Shown: positions 38,688 through 49,064, counted from the first letter of the stretch. The stretch: DNA of 64,000 nucleotides from a bacterium (GCA_043798995.1 JAZDOD010000008.1:25327-89326); one strand, 5' to 3'. Program-made: numbers and translations. The notes: a model not told the origin generated them from the letters alone.

Positions 38688-38730
38688 AACAATAAAACAT
38701 TGGTTAAAAACCAATGTTTTATTGTTTTTG
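38688..38730 (+). terminator. Terminator after rnpB
   Basis: aacaataaaacattggtt / aaccaatgttttattgtt followed by Ts. Confidence 0.75.
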
Positions 38731-38762
38731 ACTTAAGGCAATAAATTTATTATAATTATATT

Positions 38763-40181
38763 ATGAAGAAATTTGATCTAATTTTTGCCGCCATTTTGGT
38801 GCCGGTAGATTTTTTAATGATTGTTTTAGCCGCTGTTTCGGCTTATTTTTTGCGTTTTACTCCACTCGTGACTGAAATCAGGCCGGTAATTTTTAATCTG
38901 CCTTTTCAGGAGTATTTAGCCATTATTATTTTTATAGCTATTTTATGGCTGCTTCTCTTTGCTTTTTCCGGTTTGTATAAAATCAAAGACAACAAAAATC
39001 CGGCCCAGGAATTTTATAAAATTTTTCTTGCCTGTTCAGCCGGCATAATGCTGGTGATGGTTTTAATTTTTGCCCGCCGCGAGTTATTTTCCTCGCGTTT
39101 TATCATTTTAGCCGCCTGGATTTTCAGCGTTATTTATGTTTCCATCGGCCGTTTAGCTATCAGCCGGCTTCAGACAGCTTTTCGCCGACACGGCTATGGC
39201 ATAAGAAAGGTTCTTTTAATCGGCGCAGACCGGATTGCCGAGATTATCTCTCAGGAAATAAAAGAAAAACCGGAAATGGGTTATCGCCTAATCGGCGCAA
39301 TTAAAAATTATTCGCAGGACATTATTTATCAAGTCAAAAATTTTTTAGCCGAACATCCGGATCTTTATCAGATTATTCAGAGTAAAAATGGCCTTCCGCA
39401 GGAGGTGAGTCTGAAACTGGTTGAGTTTTGCGACGAAAATCATTTGGTTTTTAAATACACGCCGGATCTTTTTGAAACCCAATCAATCAATATTGAAGTT
39501 GGAACTTTGGCCGGTATTCCAATTATGGAACTCAAACGGACCCGACTTGAAGGTTGGGGCAAAATTATTAAACGGATTTTTGATGTTATTGGTTCAACAA
39601 TTTTGGTTATTTTGGCTTCGCCGGTGATGCTGCTTATTGCCATCGCCATCAAACTTGATTCACCCGGCCCTGTTTTTTTTAGCCGTTATGACAATGATGA
39701 AAAATTAAAGCGAGTCGGCGAACATGGAGAACTTTTTCATTATTTTAAATTTCGTTCTATGAAGCCGGGCACTCATCAGATGCGCTATCAGGAACTCTCT
39801 GATTTGAATTTAAGAAACGACGGGCCATTGGTTAAAATTGAAAATGATCCGCGGGTGACGCGCGTTGGCCGGATTTTGCGTCGTTACAGTTTGGACGAAT
39901 TGCCGGAATTATTTTTGGTTTTTACAGGCAAGATGAGTTTGGTGGGCCCGCGTCCGCATTTTCCCGAAGAAGTGGAAAAATATCAGCGCCGTCACAAGAA
40001 AACTTTAATGATTAAACCCGGCATCACCGGACTGGCGCAAATCAGCGGCCGCAGCGATCTGTCGTTTGAAGATGAGGCGCGGCTTGACGCTTATTATATT
40101 GAAAATTGGTCATTAATGCTTGATTTGCAAATTTTATTTAAAACGCCGTTGGCTGTTATTAAGCATTGCAAAAATTGTTAA
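38763..40181 (+). CDS. Exopolysaccharide polyprenyl glycosylphosphotransferase (WcaJ/WbaP-like)
   Basis: KRIFD, DSPGPVFF, KFRSM, DPRVTRVG, SLDELP, MSLVGPRP, KPGITGLAQ. Confidence 0.93.
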   Translation: MKKFDLIFAAILVPVDFLMIVLAAVSAYFLRFTPLVTEIRPVIFNLPFQEYLAIIIFIAILWLLLFAFSGLYKIKDNKNPAQEFYKIFLACSAGIMLVMVLIFARRELFSSRFIILAAWIFSVIYVSIGRLAISRLQTAFRRHGYGIRKVLLIGADRIAEIISQEIKEKPEMGYRLIGAIKNYSQDIIYQVKNFLAEHPDLYQIIQSKNGLPQEVSLKLVEFCDENHLVFKYTPDLFETQSINIEVGTLAGIPIMELKRTRLEGWGKIIKRIFDVIGSTILVILASPVMLLIAIAIKLDSPGPVFFSRYDNDEKLKRVGEHGELFHYFKFRSMKPGTHQMRYQELSDLNLRNDGPLVKIENDPRVTRVGRILRRYSLDELPELFLVFTGKMSLVGPRPHFPEEVEKYQRRHKKTLMIKPGITGLAQISGRSDLSFEDEARLDAYYIENWSLMLDLQILFKTPLAVIKHCKNC

Positions 40182-40184
40182 ATT

Positions 40185-41228
40185 ATGGCTAGCTTCTTTG
40201 TTGTTAAAATTTTAATTTTATCAACCATTTCCTTTATGGCGACAATTTTATGGACGCCGCTTTTAACGTATTTTCTTTATAAATATAAACTGGGCAAAAA
40301 TATCCGTTCAGCTGAAAACGCGCCAATTTATGCCCAACTTCATCAAAAAAAAGCCGGCACACCAACTATGGGCGGAGTTTTAATTTGGGCGACAACCTTA
40401 ATTTTAATTTTATTTTTTTATTTGATTTCGGTTTTTTTTCCAGATTCAAATTTGGCTAAACTGAATTTTTTCAGCCGTTCGCAAACACTTTTACCCTTAG
40501 GCGTTTTAGTCGCCACCGCTATAGTGGGGTTAGTTGATGATTTGTTAAATATTTTTAAAATCGGACCTAACGGCGGAGGAATGAAAATCCGCCATCAACT
40601 TGTCATTTATACTTTAATCGCCTTGGTTGGCGCCTGGTGGTTTTATTTTAAACTTGATTGGGATATTATCCGGATTCCGTTTGTCGGTAATTTTAATATA
40701 GGGTCGTGGATTATCCCAGTTTTTATTTTTATTATTGTTGGCACGGCTCACAGCGTTAATTTAACCGATGGACTTGACGGTCTGGCCGGCGGCACACTTT
40801 TGGCCGGCTTTGCCGCCTATGGGGCGATTACTTTTTCTCAAGGTAAATATGATTTAGCTTCTTTTTGCGCCGTCATTGTGGGAGCGCTTTTGGCTTTTTT
40901 GTGGTTTAACATCAATCCAGCCCGTTTTTTTATGGGCGATACCGGAGCAATGAGTTTAGGAATTACTTTGGGAGTTTTGGCCATGCTAACCAATACGGTT
41001 TTAATTTTGCCTATTATCGGCTTGATTTTTGTGGTGGAAACTTTGTCAGTCATTGTTCAGCTTATTTCAAAAAAAATTCGCGGCAAAAAAATTTTTCTTT
41101 CTACGCCGCTTCATCATCACCTGGAAGCCAAGGGTTGGCCGGAGGGAAAAATTGTTATGCGCTTTTGGGTAATTTCCGGCGTGACGGCTGTGGCAGGTTT
41201 GATTATCTTTTTGATGGATAAAAGTTAA
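40185..41228 (+). CDS. mraY: Phospho-N-acetylmuramoyl-pentapeptide transferase
   Basis: KAGTPTMGG, GLVDD, VNLTDGLDGL, FMGDTG, PLHHHLE. Confidence 0.97.
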   Translation: MASFFVVKILILSTISFMATILWTPLLTYFLYKYKLGKNIRSAENAPIYAQLHQKKAGTPTMGGVLIWATTLILILFFYLISVFFPDSNLAKLNFFSRSQTLLPLGVLVATAIVGLVDDLLNIFKIGPNGGGMKIRHQLVIYTLIALVGAWWFYFKLDWDIIRIPFVGNFNIGSWIIPVFIFIIVGTAHSVNLTDGLDGLAGGTLLAGFAAYGAITFSQGKYDLASFCAVIVGALLAFLWFNINPARFFMGDTGAMSLGITLGVLAMLTNTVLILPIIGLIFVVETLSVIVQLISKKIRGKKIFLSTPLHHHLEAKGWPEGKIVMRFWVISGVTAVAGLIIFLMDKS

Positions 41229-41234
41229 TTTTTT

Positions 41235-42716
41235 ATGGATTTTAAAGGTAAAAAAATAATCGTCATGGGTCTTGGTATTCTTGGTGGCGGAGTGGCAGTG
41301 GTAAAATGGCTGGCTAAAAAAGGAGCCGAGCTAACCGTGACTGATTTGAAAAATAAAAAAGAACTAAAAAATTCAATCACCAAATTAAAAGATTTAAAAA
41401 TTAAATATGTTTTAGGCCGGCATCGCGAAGACGATTTTAAAAAAGCTGATTTGATTATTCAAAATCCGGCCGTGCCGGCCGATTCAGAATATTTAAAAAT
41501 AGCGCGGGAGTCAGCCGTGCCGATTGAAAATGAAGCCAGTTTATTTTTTAAAATCGTGCCTCAGGACTTAATTATCGGCATTACCGGCACCCGCGGCAAA
41601 TCAACCACCACCACTTTAATTTATCAGATTTTTAAAAAAAAATACCAGTCGGCTTTATGTGGTGGCAATATCAAAGTCAATCCACTCTTTGAAATTATTG
41701 AGCAAGTGAAAAAAGATCCGGTTGTTTTGGAACTCTCTTCGTTTCAGTTAGAGAATTTAGCCGATAGCAAAATCAGTCCGCATTTATCAATTATTACTAA
41801 TATTTTACCCGATCATTTGAATCGTTATAAAAATTTGAAAAATTATATTAACGCCAAAGCTAATATTTTTAATTTTCAAAGCAAAGAAGATTTTGTTGTT
41901 TTAAATTTAGATAACCCTTTAACTAAAAAATTAGGCCAAGACGTTCCCTCGCGGCGTTATTGGTTTTCTGAAAAATATTTTTCCCAGCAAAATGGCGTTT
42001 TCTTGTCTTCGGGCCGGCTAATTTTTAGGCAAAACGGCCAAGAAATCAAAGTTTTAAATGTCAAAGAAATAAAACTGCCCGGCAGTCACAATCTGGAAAA
42101 TATTTTAGCCGCGGTTGCGGCCGCGATGATTTATCAAATACCGGTAAAGCTGATAAGAAAAGCTGTTTCAGAATTTAAAGGTGTGCCCGGCCGACTGGAA
42201 TTAATAAAAGTCATCAAAGGCATTAAATTTTATAATGATACAACCGCCACTATCCCGGAGGCGACAATTGCCGCCCTCGTTACACTCGGGCAGCTCAAAG
42301 ATGAAAATCTCCGCCGAAGGCGGATCTCCGCCAAAGGCGGATGGGCCTCTGGCGCACTCCTCGGGCGGAAAAAATCAAAAGTTAGGAATAAAAATATTGT
42401 TTTGATAGCCGGAGGAGCTGATAAAAAGTTAGATTTTCATTTTTTAGCGCCACAGATTAAAAAATATTGTAAAACCGTGATTTTATTGCCGGGCACGGCG
42501 ACGCCGAAGATTTATAAAGAATTACGAATTACGAATTACGAATTACGAATTATTAATGTTAAAAATATGATCGAAGCCGTTGCCGTTGCTTTTAAATTAG
42601 CGGTAAGCAGTGATATTATTCTTCTCTCACCGGCCGCGGCCAGTTTCGGCTTGTTTAAAAATGAATTTGACAGGGGAGAGCAATATTTAAAGGCAGTTAA
42701 GAAATTAAAATCCTAA
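41235..42716 (+). CDS. murD: UDP-N-acetylmuramoyl-L-alanine:D-glutamate ligase (with in-frame repeat insertions)
   Basis: GITGTRGKSTT, LELSSFQL, PDHLNRY, FYNDTTAT, IAGGADK, LSPAAASFGLF..EFDRG. Confidence 0.96.
   Translation: MDFKGKKIIVMGLGILGGGVAVVKWLAKKGAELTVTDLKNKKELKNSITKLKDLKIKYVLGRHREDDFKKADLIIQNPAVPADSEYLKIARESAVPIENEASLFFKIVPQDLIIGITGTRGKSTTTTLIYQIFKKKYQSALCGGNIKVNPLFEIIEQVKKDPVVLELSSFQLENLADSKISPHLSIITNILPDHLNRYKNLKNYINAKANIFNFQSKEDFVVLNLDNPLTKKLGQDVPSRRYWFSEKYFSQQNGVFLSSGRLIFRQNGQEIKVLNVKEIKLPGSHNLENILAAVAAAMIYQIPVKLIRKAVSEFKGVPGRLELIKVIKGIKFYNDTTATIPEATIAALVTLGQLKDENLRRRRISAKGGWASGALLGRKKSKVRNKNIVLIAGGADKKLDFHFLAPQIKKYCKTVILLPGTATPKIYKELRITNYELRIINVKNMIEAVAVAFKLAVSSDIILLSPAAASFGLFKNEFDRGEQYLKAVKKLKS
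42310..42369. repeat. Nested pair of 30-nt double-hairpin elements inserted in frame in murD
   Basis: Outer tccgccgaaggcggatc|ctcctcgggcgga (30 nt) interrupted by inner tccgccaaaggcggatgggcctctggcgca (42327-42356, 30 nt). Confidence 0.85.
42519..42552 (+). repeat. Perfect heptamer tandem repeat (gaattac)x4.9 inside murD
   Basis: gaattacgaattacgaattacgaattacgaatta, encoding ELRITNYELRI. Confidence 0.9.
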
Positions 42717-42878
42717 ATCCTAAGCACTAAATCCCAAACAATATCTAAATTCCAAATTATAAATAACAAACGGTTTGGAATTTAATAATTAGAATTTGTC
42801 TCCCTTTGGGAGATCCCCCGTAGGGGGAAAATTTATTTAGGATTTGTTTAGAATTTAGGATTTCGTGTTTAGAATTTA
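42709..42878. repeat. Divergent heptamer arrays with an embedded 15+15-nt double hairpin (42799-42828)
   Basis: aatcctaaatcctaagcactaaatcccaaa... and ...tttaggatttgtttagaatttaggattt; tctccctttgggaga+tcccccgtaggggga. Confidence 0.75.
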
Positions 42879-42885
42879 ATTTTTT

Positions 42886-43986
42886 ATGAAGCCCCATCAG
42901 CCGGATTATTTATTTTTAACTCTTGTTTTTGTGATTATTGTTTTTGGCTTGGTAATGTTATCCTCAGCTAGTACCGTGGTTTCTTTTCAAAAGCATCAGA
43001 ACAGCTTTTATTATTTTAAACATCAGTTGCTTTATGGCTTTTTGCCCGGCGTGATTTTATTTTTTATTTGTCTTCGGCTTAACTATCAGATTTGGCGAAA
43101 GTGGGCGAACGGTTTTTTGATTTTGTCATTGGTTTTATTGGTTTTAGTTTTTATACCCAGCATTAGTTTGACCGTTAATAACGCCAAAAGTTGGATTAAT
43201 TTAGATCTTTTTTCTTTTCAGCCCTCCGAAATTGTCAAATTAGCTTATATTTTGTATTTAGCCCAATGGATTGAAAGACAAGGCAAAGAGAGGATTAAGG
43301 ACTTTAATTTTGGTTTCCTGCCTTTTTTAGTGGTTTTGGGGTTAATTATGGTTTTAATTGCTTTAGAGCCAGACATGGGGACAATGTCGGTTATTGTTTT
43401 AATAGCTTTAATAATTTATTTTTTGGCCGGAGCACGGCTTCGTCATTTAGCATCGTTTATTTTAGTGATGAGCGGTTTATTTTTTATTTTAATTAAACTT
43501 GCGCCGTATCGTTTAGCCCGGCTGACAACTTTTTTAAATCCTGCCTTAGATCCGCAAGGCACTGGTTATCATATAAACCAAGCTTTTTTGGCTATTGGTT
43601 CTGGCGGTTGGCTTGGTCGGGGGTTTGGGCTTTCACGGCAGAAATTCCAGTATTTACCCGAATCAATGGGCGATTCAATTTTTGCCATTATTGCCGAAGA
43701 ATTAGGTTTTGTAATTTGTTTACTTTTTCTTTTACTTGTCTTGGCTTTGATTTTACGCGGCTATAAAATTGCCAAAAACGCTCCTGACAGATTTTCCCAA
43801 ATAACTGTTATCGGGGTTATTTCCTGGTTTGTGGTTCAGTCATTTGTTAATATCGGCGCTATGGTTGGCCTTCTGCCCTTGACCGGCGTGCCATTGGTTT
43901 TTGTTAGCTATGGCGGCACATCATTGGCAGTTTCTTTAGCCGCCGTTGGCATTGTGGCTAATATTTCACGTTGGACGGTGAGGTGA
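42886..43986 (+). CDS. ftsW: SEDS family cell division protein FtsW
   Basis: FGLVMLSSAS, AKSWI, FQPSEIVK, EPDMGT, GYHINQ, IGSGG, DSIFAIIAEELG, PLTGVPLVFVSYGGTS. Confidence 0.93.
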   Translation: MKPHQPDYLFLTLVFVIIVFGLVMLSSASTVVSFQKHQNSFYYFKHQLLYGFLPGVILFFICLRLNYQIWRKWANGFLILSLVLLVLVFIPSISLTVNNAKSWINLDLFSFQPSEIVKLAYILYLAQWIERQGKERIKDFNFGFLPFLVVLGLIMVLIALEPDMGTMSVIVLIALIIYFLAGARLRHLASFILVMSGLFFILIKLAPYRLARLTTFLNPALDPQGTGYHINQAFLAIGSGGWLGRGFGLSRQKFQYLPESMGDSIFAIIAEELGFVICLLFLLLVLALILRGYKIAKNAPDRFSQITVIGVISWFVVQSFVNIGAMVGLLPLTGVPLVFVSYGGTSLAVSLAAVGIVANISRWTVR

Positions 43987-44058
43987 TCGCCAATATTTGT
44001 TATTCAATTTAAAATTGGTTATAATAATAAATAAAGATTTGAGATATTTAGTTAAATT

Positions 44059-44979
44059 ATGTTAAAGAAAATTACCTTTCTTATTTTAATCATTTTTCTA
44101 TTTTTCATTAGTGTTAATTTTGTTTTAGCGGATAACTTTCTTCCCGGTCCTCAACCCATCCAACCGCCTGATATTAAGATTAAAATTCCCGGGATGGATA
44201 ATCTTGGTGAAATCAAACCAGCGATGTGCACTTATGACGAAACAAAAACTTGCTACCAAATTCCTTGGATTGCTAATTATATCGGCGGAGTTTATAAATT
44301 CGGCGTTAGCGCCTTGGCTCTTTTGTCGGTGATTGTCATTGCCTGGGGCGGCATTGTCTGGCTGACGGCCGGCGGTTCAGCTACACAAGTTAGCAAAGCC
44401 AAGGATTGGATTTTAGGCGGCATCACCGGTCTAATCTTGGGCCTTTCCAGTTATGTGCTTTTAGTGACAATCAATCCAGATTTTGTTAATCTAAAACCGC
44501 TTGAGGTGGCCTGGCTAGCGGGTGAGAAATTGCCTGAGATAGAACCATGGGCAGCGGGTCCGACAACGGGAACTTATTCTGATGCCAGAGCGCGTGAAGT
44601 TATTAGAATGGCTTCGGCGGGGTCAATTACAGTTAATGCGTATGAGCCTCAAACTAGTTTAAATGGTGTGCGAGTGGAAACAATCAACGGTTTGTTAAAA
44701 ATTTGGCAAGGTTGTGGTCAATGTCAGATTCAAATTAGTGGTGGTACTGAAGGCGGCTATCACAATGTTGGTGAGTTTAGCCATGGAACGGGTTATAAAT
44801 TAGATTTATCATATGTAAGTTCTTCAACGGAATTACATAATTATATTCTAAGACAGATCGGAATAACTAATATAAGCAACGTAGTTTATGACAAAACTTA
44901 TATTGGGGCGGATGGTAATAAGTATAGACTGGAACCAAGTACTGCTCTGCATTGGGATATTTGTTTTGGTTGTCCATAG
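44059..44979 (+). CDS. CPR pilin-like (TrbC/VirB2-like) membrane protein fused to an M15-type zinc peptidase-like domain
   Basis: YIGGVYKFGV...IAWGGIVWLTAGGS...KAKDWI...SYVLLVTINP; C-terminal ISGGTEGGYH...SHGTGYKLD...HWD. Confidence 0.65.
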   Translation: MLKKITFLILIIFLFFISVNFVLADNFLPGPQPIQPPDIKIKIPGMDNLGEIKPAMCTYDETKTCYQIPWIANYIGGVYKFGVSALALLSVIVIAWGGIVWLTAGGSATQVSKAKDWILGGITGLILGLSSYVLLVTINPDFVNLKPLEVAWLAGEKLPEIEPWAAGPTTGTYSDARAREVIRMASAGSITVNAYEPQTSLNGVRVETINGLLKIWQGCGQCQIQISGGTEGGYHNVGEFSHGTGYKLDLSYVSSSTELHNYILRQIGITNISNVVYDKTYIGADGNKYRLEPSTALHWDICFGCP

Positions 44980-45039
44980 AACATAGATAATAAATTAATA
45001 TATAGCTATTTGACAATTAATTAAAGGAGGGAAACTAAA

Positions 45040-46833
45040 ATGGAAAAGAAAAAAGTAGTTTTGATTGAACCAGCTTCACCCGGAGCCCATATTTTTTCGC
45101 GAGTGCCTATTCCACGCTTGGGTATTATTATTTTGGGCACAATAGCTAAGCAAGCAGGTTATGAAGTCAAAATTTATATTGAGGATATGTTTGGCAAGAT
45201 CAATGATTTAAAATCTGTAATTGAAGGTGCTCTCGCGGTAGGCATTTCGACAATTACTTCAACAGCACCAAGAGCTTATCAATTGGCAGATCAAACAAGG
45301 GCTTTAGGAATTACGGTAATTCTGGGCGGCGTTCATCCGACTTTTATGATTGAGGAAGCGCTAAACCACGCTGATTTTGTTGTCCGAGGAGAGGGAGAAA
45401 AGGCGATTTTGCCTTTACTTGAAGCCATAAGCGGCCAAATTAATTTTTCTCAAGTTCCTAATTTAAGTTATTGGCAAGGCGGCCAGATTATGAGTAATGA
45501 AATGGCACCTCACATTGTTGATTTAGATGAGATACCTAGTCCGGATTACTCGGTTATTGAGGGTTGGCAAACGGATAAAAAAGTTCCGGTTGTTTCCATT
45601 ACAACCTCAAGAGGATGTCCTTTTAATTGTGTTTTTTGTTCGGTTGTGCCGATGTTTGGCAGACGTTATCGTTTTACTTCTGTGGAGCGAGCCGTGGCCG
45701 ATCTTGAGGCAGCCGCGAAAATTGCTAAACACATTTTTATTGCCGATGATAATTTTACAGCCAACATCGAAAGAGTTAAAGCTATCCTAAAGGAAGCTAT
45801 TAGAAGAGGATTGAAGTTTGAATGGTCGGCTCAAGTTCGCACGGAAACGGCTAAAGACAAGGAACTGCTGCGACTGATGAAACAAACAGGCTGCTTCATG
45901 AATTTTATTGGTTTTGAATCAATTAATCCCAAAACACTAGTTGCTTATGAAAAAAAACAAACTTTGGCCGAGATTGAACAATCAATTAAAGCTTTCCAAC
46001 GTTTTGGCATCAAAATTCACGGCATGTTTGTTTTAGGAGCTGATGAAGATGAGGTAGCCACGATTAAAGAAACCGTCCGTTTTGCTAAAAGACTTGATAT
46101 TGACACAGTCCAGTTTATGATCCTTACCCCTTTACCCGGCACCAGAGTTTGGCAAGAGTTTGTTGACCAGGCAAGAATTATTGATATTAACTATAGTCAT
46201 TATGATGCCCATCATACTGTTTACAAGCCCAAACGCATGACTAGCTACGAATTGCAGATAGAAACCTTCAGAGCAATGAAAAAATTTTATAGTTGGCGGG
46301 GAATTTTCCAAAGATTGCTCAAGGCGATTATCACCTGGTCGGCGCCAGATTTCTGGATAGTCAATCTGCGTTTTTACGGCCGCAAACAAATTAGACAGGC
46401 CTTTGAAAGCAAACGTCTCTATCTAAAATATTTGCATGAAAAGATATCGCAACATACAGAAAAATTCAAGGCAAATTTGTCTAAGAAAAGAATCAAAACT
46501 GTGGGTTTGCCCGCGGAACTTATGGGCAATTGGGAACCTTCTTATCGGCGGTTTTTGCGAGCTTTTTTAGCTAAGTTAGGAGTTAAAATCATTGATTTGA
46601 AAGCTGATCAAATAATTGACGAACAACCTGACATTGTTTTGTTAGCTCATTGGGCAGTCAAAAATAAGGGTGAGATTTTTCACTCAATCAAGGATAAAAA
46701 ACAAATTAGCTTGGATTTTAATCCTCAAAATTTTAGCGAGCAATGTCTTGGTTTAGGCCTGCTTTTTAAAAGCAAAGTCAGGCGAGTCCGTCGGATTTTT
46801 CAAAAAACCCTGCAAGACAATGTTCTTGCCTAA
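45040..46833 (+). CDS. B12-binding-domain radical SAM protein
   Basis: VILGGVHPT, VVRGEGE, TSRGCPFNCVFC, FIADDNF, IGFES, LTPLPGT. Confidence 0.92.
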   Translation: MEKKKVVLIEPASPGAHIFSRVPIPRLGIIILGTIAKQAGYEVKIYIEDMFGKINDLKSVIEGALAVGISTITSTAPRAYQLADQTRALGITVILGGVHPTFMIEEALNHADFVVRGEGEKAILPLLEAISGQINFSQVPNLSYWQGGQIMSNEMAPHIVDLDEIPSPDYSVIEGWQTDKKVPVVSITTSRGCPFNCVFCSVVPMFGRRYRFTSVERAVADLEAAAKIAKHIFIADDNFTANIERVKAILKEAIRRGLKFEWSAQVRTETAKDKELLRLMKQTGCFMNFIGFESINPKTLVAYEKKQTLAEIEQSIKAFQRFGIKIHGMFVLGADEDEVATIKETVRFAKRLDIDTVQFMILTPLPGTRVWQEFVDQARIIDINYSHYDAHHTVYKPKRMTSYELQIETFRAMKKFYSWRGIFQRLLKAIITWSAPDFWIVNLRFYGRKQIRQAFESKRLYLKYLHEKISQHTEKFKANLSKKRIKTVGLPAELMGNWEPSYRRFLRAFLAKLGVKIIDLKADQIIDEQPDIVLLAHWAVKNKGEIFHSIKDKKQISLDFNPQNFSEQCLGLGLLFKSKVRRVRRIFQKTLQDNVLA

Positions 46834-46839
46834 ATAGTT

Positions 46840-46912
46840 AACTAGTAGCCAATCCAGTTAGTGATTCCGCCGAGTGGCGGATTACTACATGGTAAACGCT
46901 ACTAGTTTTTTT
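46840..46912 (+). terminator. Long terminator-like hairpin capped by a tccgcc/ggcgga palindrome
   Basis: aactagtagc...gctactagtt followed by a T-run; inner attccgccgagtggcggatt. Confidence 0.6.
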
Positions 46913-47042
46913 ATTATCAAGCGAGCGAGACCCACCAAAGTTTTTGAAAAAAATTTAGGCGGGCGAGCGAGCCTGCCTGCGCAGGCAGGCGCTGATATCA
47001 AAGGGTTTTATTATCAAGCAAGCAAGAGTTATGAATCCGCCA
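46909..47042 (-). repeat. Structured dispersed repeat, family B, copy 3 plus partial preceding unit (head-to-tail)
   Basis: Minus strand: ggcggattcataactcttgcttgCTTGATAATAaaaccctttgatatcagcgcctgcctgcgcaggcagg...ctcgctcgCTTGATAATAaaa. Confidence 0.9.
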
Positions 47043-47096
47043 ACACATGAGATTGTTAATTTTTGTAAATTGCTTTAAAATAGATAAGCAATCTTT

Positions 47097-49064
47097 ATGA
47101 ATAAATTTAAACTTAAAACTAAAATCAAACCGGCCGGAGACCAGCCTAAAGCTATAAAAGAGTTGGTTGCGAGTTTAAAAAACAGAAACAAGCACCAGAC
47201 GCTTTTGGGCGTGACCGGCTCGGGCAAAACTTTTACCATTGCCAATGTGATTGAAAAAATCCAAAGGCCAACTTTAGTGATCGCCCATAATAAAACTTTA
47301 GCCGCTCAACTGACAGCCGAACTGCGGCATTTTTTTCCCGAAAATGCGATTGAGTATTTTGTTTCCTATTATGATTATTATCAGCCTGAAGCTTATCTGC
47401 CAACCACCGATACTTACATTGAGAAAGAAGCGGAGATTAATGAAGAAATTGACCGGCTGCGTCATAGTGCCACCGCTGCTCTTCTTAGCCGCCGTGATGT
47501 AATTATTGTGGCTTCGGTTTCTTGTATTTATGGCTTGGGTTCGCCGGCTTACTATCGCGCCAGTGGCCTTTTTTTGGAAAAAGGAAAAAGCTATCCGCGC
47601 GGAGAGATTATAAAAAAATTAATTGAGATGCATTACAGCCGCAGTGAAGTTTTATCATTGGGTAAATTTCTTGCTCATGGCCAGGTAATTGAAATCGTGC
47701 CGCCGGCTCGGAAAATTATAATCAGAATTGAATTAACAAGTGATGATAAAATTAAGAAAATCTGGGAATTTGATCTTTTAACCCGCAGAGTTTTGCAAAA
47801 ATACAACCAAATTTATCTTTATCCGGCTAAGCATTTTGTCGTGCCAGAACCAATAATGGAGGAGTCCCTGCGAGAAATAGAAAAAGAGCTGGCCGAGAGG
47901 TTATCATATTTTAAAAAAGAAGGAAAATTATTAGAAGCTGAGCGTCTTGAGCGCCGGACACGCTACGACTTGGAGATGATGCGCGAGATCGGCTATTGCA
48001 ATGGTATTGAAAATTATTCTCGTTATTTAACTGGCCGGGCAGCCGGAGAGCCGCCTTATACTTTGATTGATTATTTTCCCGAAGATTTCCTTTTGGTTGT
48101 TGACGAATCGCACGTGACCATTCCGCAACTTAATGGCATGTATGAAGGAGATCATTCGCGAAAGAAAAATTTAGTTGAACACGGTTTTCGACTGCCTTCG
48201 GCTTTTGATAACCGGCCCTTGAAATTTCCTGAATTTGAAACTCATATCAATCAGATTGTTTACATGTCAGCTACGCCCGGTCCTTACGAGCGAAAGCATT
48301 CAGCGCAAATCGTTGAGCAAATTATTCGGCCAACAGGATTAGTTGATCCGGGAATAGCGGTTAAATCAGCCAAAGGCCAGGTAGCCGATTTATTAAAAGA
48401 AATTAAAGAAAGGGTAGAGAAAAAAGAGCGGATATTGGTGACAACTTTAACCAAAAAAATGGCTGAAGATTTGGCCGATTATCTTAAAGAAAATAAAATC
48501 AAAGCCGAATATCTTCACAGCGAAATTAATACTTTGGACAGAATTGTGATTTTGGAAGATTTGCGAAAAGGCAAATTTGACTGCTTGGTCGGCGTTAATT
48601 TAATTAGAGAAGGTTTGGATTTGCCTGAAGTTTCTTTGGTTGCAATTTTAGATGCCGATAAAGAAGGTTTTCTTCGCTCGGAAACTTCCTTAATTCAGAC
48701 CATTGGTCGAGCTGCCCGCAATGTCCGCGGGCAAGTGATTTTGTATGCTGATAATTTAACCGGTTCAATGAAGCGCGCTATTTCAGAAACCAATCGGCGC
48801 CGTCGAAAACAAGTTGAATATAATAAAAAATATCATATTACGCCCAAGACCATTCAAAAAGCAATCGAGGCCTTTATTGACCATGATTTGCGTCCCGAGC
48901 CAACCGATGAATATATCAATTTGGAAAGATTGGAAGATATCCCTAAAGTGATCAAACTTAAAACCAAGGAAATGGGAGAGTCGGCCAAAAATTTAGAATT
49001 TGAAAAAGCTGCGTTAATTCGCGATGAGATAGCGCAGCTCAGAAGACTGAAGCTAAGACCTTGA
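47097..49064 (+). CDS. uvrB: Excinuclease ABC subunit B
   Basis: LGVTGSGKT, FVSYYDYYQPEAY, DESH, QTIGRAAR, FEKAALIRD. Confidence 0.98.
   Translation: MNKFKLKTKIKPAGDQPKAIKELVASLKNRNKHQTLLGVTGSGKTFTIANVIEKIQRPTLVIAHNKTLAAQLTAELRHFFPENAIEYFVSYYDYYQPEAYLPTTDTYIEKEAEINEEIDRLRHSATAALLSRRDVIIVASVSCIYGLGSPAYYRASGLFLEKGKSYPRGEIIKKLIEMHYSRSEVLSLGKFLAHGQVIEIVPPARKIIIRIELTSDDKIKKIWEFDLLTRRVLQKYNQIYLYPAKHFVVPEPIMEESLREIEKELAERLSYFKKEGKLLEAERLERRTRYDLEMMREIGYCNGIENYSRYLTGRAAGEPPYTLIDYFPEDFLLVVDESHVTIPQLNGMYEGDHSRKKNLVEHGFRLPSAFDNRPLKFPEFETHINQIVYMSATPGPYERKHSAQIVEQIIRPTGLVDPGIAVKSAKGQVADLLKEIKERVEKKERILVTTLTKKMAEDLADYLKENKIKAEYLHSEINTLDRIVILEDLRKGKFDCLVGVNLIREGLDLPEVSLVAILDADKEGFLRSETSLIQTIGRAARNVRGQVILYADNLTGSMKRAISETNRRRRKQVEYNKKYHITPKTIQKAIEAFIDHDLRPEPTDEYINLERLEDIPKVIKLKTKEMGESAKNLEFEKAALIRDEIAQLRRLKLRP

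Noticed and set aside
38474-38714. Two minus-strand ORFs (72 and 65 aa)
   Set aside because: Antisense to the RNase P RNA.
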